A program made the position numbers and the translations under genes. A DNA stretch of 64,000 nucleotides from Eledone cirrhosa (Eukaryota): NCBI GenBank assembly GCA_964016885.1, contig OZ024749.1:13516001-13580000 (forward strand), written 5' to 3'. Each line of letters opens with the position of its first letter. Positions within the stretch are counted from its first letter, which is position 1. Shown piece after piece: positions 59,113-64,000 of this stretch. The notes under the pieces are model-generated. The model did not search any database. It saw only the letters and a list, made by a program, of their open reading frames with translations, and was not told the origin of the DNA.

Positions 59113-60119
59113 CTCTGGCTAGTAAATATACAGTAGTGACAGACATTGGGTTGACTAATGAGGTTTTAGACTATACTACGTAGAAATCAGAAGACGTTTT
59201 TTACTCACCAACTTCATCTAATCTTTAAAATCAGATAAAATAAGGAGGAATTCACACAACGTCTCTCTTATATTTATCTTTTATATTTTATATTTCCTCA
59301 CTCTTCACCCTCCTCCCATCTCTCTGTCTCTGTCTCTTTCTCTTTCGTCTTATTTTTCAGCTTAACTTGCCATAAATGCCATGACAGATGGAGGATATAG
59401 TTTACTTTCAAGGAATCCCTTTTCCTTACATATGCCCTTGTAATAAAATTCCTCAACTTATTTTAAGCAAAGAGAAAAAAAAAGGTGGGAGGGTTACATA
59501 AAACACAAAACCCCACACCTATCACCTTTGCAGTCCCCCAATATTAACACGTCTTAACGTGTCATGTCTGCTCTTTCTTTGCTCAATCGCTAGCAAAAAT
59601 TAAAAAAAAAAAAGTGGAACCTTTCCTCGCAGACATTAAGATATTAAGATAGATCATTTCAAAATTGTTTTTTTCTTCTTCTTTTTAATTAATCCCCACT
59701 CACGATTCCAGCACATGGCTCAATCTATTGGCACTTCTTATTCAATTAACCCTTAACACCCATTTAGCAGAAAATATCTAAAAACAATTTTGTTAATTCA
59801 AATATGTATAGTATCTTTAGTAATGGGCACATTTTTGTGAACACTTGCAGTATTAACTGTTAATAATACCGCAAAACATTCTATTCGATGTTCTAACGAC
59901 TCTGCCAATTCGCCGCTTTAAATATCATCACTAGATGACAGATTAATTGGGTAGTTCTGCAGTATTAGGATAAATACTTATACCAGCAGAAGAACCGCCC
60001 TCGGGTGGTTTTCAGCTAGCATACATAGTGTGCATATTGATATTATACGCAAATATATATGCATATAGATATGATATGTAAATTGAAAAGTAAATTAACA
60101 ATATCTTCTTCGCCCACTT

Positions 60120-60500
60120 ATTTCTGAGAGGATCGTGGGGTAGGAGTGTGGGGGAGTCCTCCTCGAAAACTTCTTCCAGCGAGTCTCTCAGAAGCAAACA
60201 TCTCTAACTGATTCAGCTGGTTGTCAAAGCGTGACTAGCCAAGCTCATGGATGTTATCCAACTATCTTGCTCGGGGTCTACCTCTGGGTCTCCTGCCGGT
60301 TGATTTTGCCTGTGATATCTGTCCATCGATTTTTCCTGGGACATTCTAACCACATCTCCATAGTATCGGAGCTGTTATCTCTCAATCCGGAGAAGTAGCG
60401 GCTCTACCTGGAGTGATTCTCTGATCTCCGAACTCTGCACTTTATCGACTAAAGTTACTCCAAAGACCCTTCAGAGGAACCCCATTTCGGCTGCTTGTAT
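60120..60500 (-). pseudogene. RTE-clade LINE C-terminal fragment
   Basis: Minus-strand translation IQAAEMGFL*RVFGVTLVDKVQSSEIRESLQVEPLLLRIER*QLRYYG, typical of RTE ORF C-termini. Confidence 0.75.
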
Positions 60501-60653
60501 TTAAAATCGATCATTACCCCAGATTTATAGGTAAGGGTTGGCAGGAATACCAGGAAGACAGCGAGTTTAGCTCTTACACCTCTCTCCTTCTGAGTACTGA
60601 TTGTTGAAGCTGGCGCATTACTGCATCAGTTTTTGCAATTCTTGCAACACACA

Positions 60654-60684
<31 letters not shown>

Positions 60685-60865
60685 TCCCCGTTCTTTGCCA
60701 GCGAACGTCACCATGAACCAAAGTATCGTCTTCCTGTCTTCCTCCGGTTGCAACGTTTTTTGAAATATCCAGTTCTGCGTTTACAGATTGACTTTGTTAG
60801 TTTCAGAAGATCCCGTTAAGGGTGAAAGCAGCGATTCTTTGCTTAAACTTTAATCTGTTATTTTA

Positions 60866-60941
<76 letters not shown>

Positions 60942-61206
60942 GCCTTCCAGTTTCATTTCACATTATATATATGTCTGTGTATATTTTAATTATTTAAAAA
61001 TTATTTTGAAATGAACGTGACCCAACGGGTCACAGATGGTCTAGTATTATAGATTTCTCTGGTGATGCAATGACAGTGGTGCCTTACTTTTAATTTTTGT
61101 CCAGTGACGTCTTGATAGTTCGGTTTTATATAATTAAGAGTTGATATGTTGCTGAATGCCTCACACACACACATACATATATATGTATACATACATACAC
61201 ACACAC

Positions 61207-61302
<96 letters not shown>

Positions 61303-61400
61303 ATACTTTGGGAGGGTCATGTTGCCAATAAGAAACACACGCACCAGTTTCAACACACGATTTCAGATAAAGAATCTTGCTAAACAAATTCAGAAACGAA

Positions 61401-61462
<62 letters not shown>

Positions 61463-61505
61463 CAATAATATTAATAAATGGAAACTATCTTTATAAAACC
61501 ATATT

Positions 61506-61571
61506 TATTTTATTATATATATATATTTCAAGGGTACCAAAATTGTTGGTACGCCCTCATCAGATAAAATA
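61506..61571 (-). ncRNA. Hammerhead (family B), left arm of a palindrome
   Basis: Reverse complement of 61663-61728. Confidence 0.85.
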
Positions 61572-61662
61572 CAAAAGTTGTTTTATAGATAGTGACATAT
61601 TCAAGAACAATAACGATAAGTTCTTGTTCTTGAATATGTCACTATCTATAAAACAACTTTTG

Positions 61663-61728
61663 TATTTTATCTGATGAGGGCGTACCAAAAATGTTGGTAC
61701 CCTTGAAATATATATATATAATAAAATA
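61663..61728 (+). ncRNA. Hammerhead (family B), right arm of a palindrome
   Basis: tattttat CTGATGA gggcgtacca...tggtaccctt GAAAT atatatat ATA ataaaata. Confidence 0.85.
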
Positions 61729-61861
61729 AATATAGTTTTATAAAGATAGTTTCCATTTATTAATATTATTGATATTATACGCCAGAAGAAAACTGTAGAG
61801 TGTTTCGAATCTGTTATAAATACATTTTTGTTGAATAAACAAAAAATTAAATAACACTTTT

Positions 61862-61920
<59 letters not shown>

Positions 61921-61924
<4 letters not shown>

Positions 61925-62515
61925 TGGCTGCCAACTCGTTTTCGAGTACGGCCACTACTTTATATCCATGTAGGAGAACCCCTACCGATGCGCTGAACGA
62001 GTGACTTTTTAGTCCAGCCAGCGACTTGAAAACTCTGGTACAAACACTACACCTGTGACAATCATTGACACATAGTGCTGGGCCCATGGTACCATGTGAC
62101 GACAAGTGCAGAGAGATCTCCAGATATAAAGCAATGCCTGTGCCGTGAAGCTTTTATAGTGAGCAAAGGCACTGCACAAAGCCAGTCCCACTCTCTTAAC
62201 CAAGATGATATTTACCAAAAAGAAGAACAAGTCAACATCATTGGATACCATCAGGGTTGCAGGTATTATATCAGAGTTTTCCTTCTCCTAGAATTCTGCC
62301 TTGACAAAGGCTAAGGGGTCATCTCTCCCGGTGATTTTGGATGGCCATTGACTCTTAATAGCTCCTTTGCCCTTTGACAGGTTTTGTTTTTAGTCCTGCA
62401 GGATGTCCAAAGTCACCCTCCTCACCAAGAAACCTTGGTGGGGTTGCCAGTTTAGTCGCCAACGACCCGACCATGGGTCAGGTTGTAATGGGATACATGT
62501 TACCAGTAGCACCAA
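61921..62515 (-). mobile_element. RTE-derived internally deleted element (5' UTR joined to the 3' end)
   Basis: Minus-strand CSVCTRVFKSLAGLKSH zinc-finger-like RTE C-terminus; 5' part has TTGTCAAGGCAGAATTCTAGGAGAAGG. Confidence 0.6.
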
Positions 62516-63241
<726 letters not shown>

Positions 63242-63403
63242 TTTCTAGCATAGTTGCGGCCCTTTACAGTCTGAGCTCAAATTCCGCCGAGGTTAACTTT
63301 GCCTTTCATCCTTACGGGGTCGATAAAATAAAGTACCAGTAATGTACTGGGTAATTGCTGGCCTTGTGCCTAAAGTAGAAACAATTATTATTATTATTAT
63401 TGA

Positions 63404-64000
63404 CACCTGGAATGTTTCCAGGCACTCACTGCCCTCTACCAAGCGGGCAATGCGATCAGTGGAACTTCCACTCTCGAGTTCTATAGAGGATTAGTGGTAG
63501 GCAAGTGCGATGACGCACTCGGAGAAGCTTTGGGCCTCGATGAAGTCGAACTGACCAGTCTGTACCGGAGGACTTTTGAGCCGGGGACGATGTACAATTT
63601 CAAGAAATCCCTCGCTTGGCAGTGCTACCGGGGGGCACTGCCGGTTCGGGATAAACTCTACAGGCACGGAAGTGCTGTCAGACGGACCTGCCCAAGATGC
63701 GCACAGAACGACGAAACCGTTCTGCACGCACTTGTCCAATGTCCGTGCATTACTGACTTGTGGAGTTACGTCGAACAGCTACTGTCGCGTGTGGAACGAA
63801 TCCGGCTATCGGCCGAGTCCATAGTGAAGATCGAGCCGCCGCCTTCTTTAGATCAGGAAGAGCAGGAAATTTTCCTCTGTCTGGTGGCAGTTGCGAAAGA
63901 GATTATATGGTGGACCAGGTTGAAAGGACTAAAGACAGATACTTTTCTCTTCGGCCAATCCCTCATCAACTTCTTCAAGTTTCACCTGGAAAGGAGGGTG
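63404..64000 (+). mobile_element. 5'-truncated L1/Tx1-type LINE, ORF2 C-terminus (zf-RVT), open to the window end
   Basis: The frame from 63404 has no stop: ...SLAWQCYRGALPVRDKL...CPRCAQNDETVLHALVQCP...LW...AKEIIWWTR; absent from the ORF track because no stop falls in the window. Confidence 0.85.

Noticed and set aside
60800-60840. HHR-like CAGAAGA tccc gttaa gggt GAAA
   Set aside because: No stem III/NUH or stem I pairing found

Overview
Eukaryotic, AT-rich, microsatellite-saturated DNA with (TA)n, (CA)n, (TACA)n and trinucleotide tracts, minisatellites and one 200-N gap. The repeat content resembles a cephalopod (octopus-like) genome, which is inference only. Almost every ORF in the supplied track is a translation of simple repeats, and no host gene can be called with confidence. 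The protein-coding relics are all retrotransposons: a near-full-length but broken R4/Dong-type RLE non-LTR element inside (TACA)n (32290-35956), an L1/Tx1-type zf-RVT tail at the right edge, and RTE fragments. About 15 copies of one tRNA-derived SINE are also present. The main discovery is in the short 'unique' islands between (TA)n tracts, which are mostly non-coding elements carrying type I hammerhead ribozymes (HHRs). Reading by eye I find about 20 complete or nearly complete HHRs from at least 10 distinguishable sequence families, plus several half-ribozymes at fold-back junctions. They have tiny palindromic stem III helices (dimer-dependent type), stem II lengths from about 13 to about 120 nt, and core variants (U3-A8 covariation, U4C). 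They occur as inverted duplications or as terminally redundant, circularly permuted monomers of about 313, about 613 (no canonical HHR found) and about 1004 nt. This looks like a dense community of microsatellite-associated, Penelope-pLTR/retrozyme-like non-autonomous retroelements. No Penelope RT/GIY-YIG ORF is visible in the window. All folds were paired by hand; none was computed or tested.
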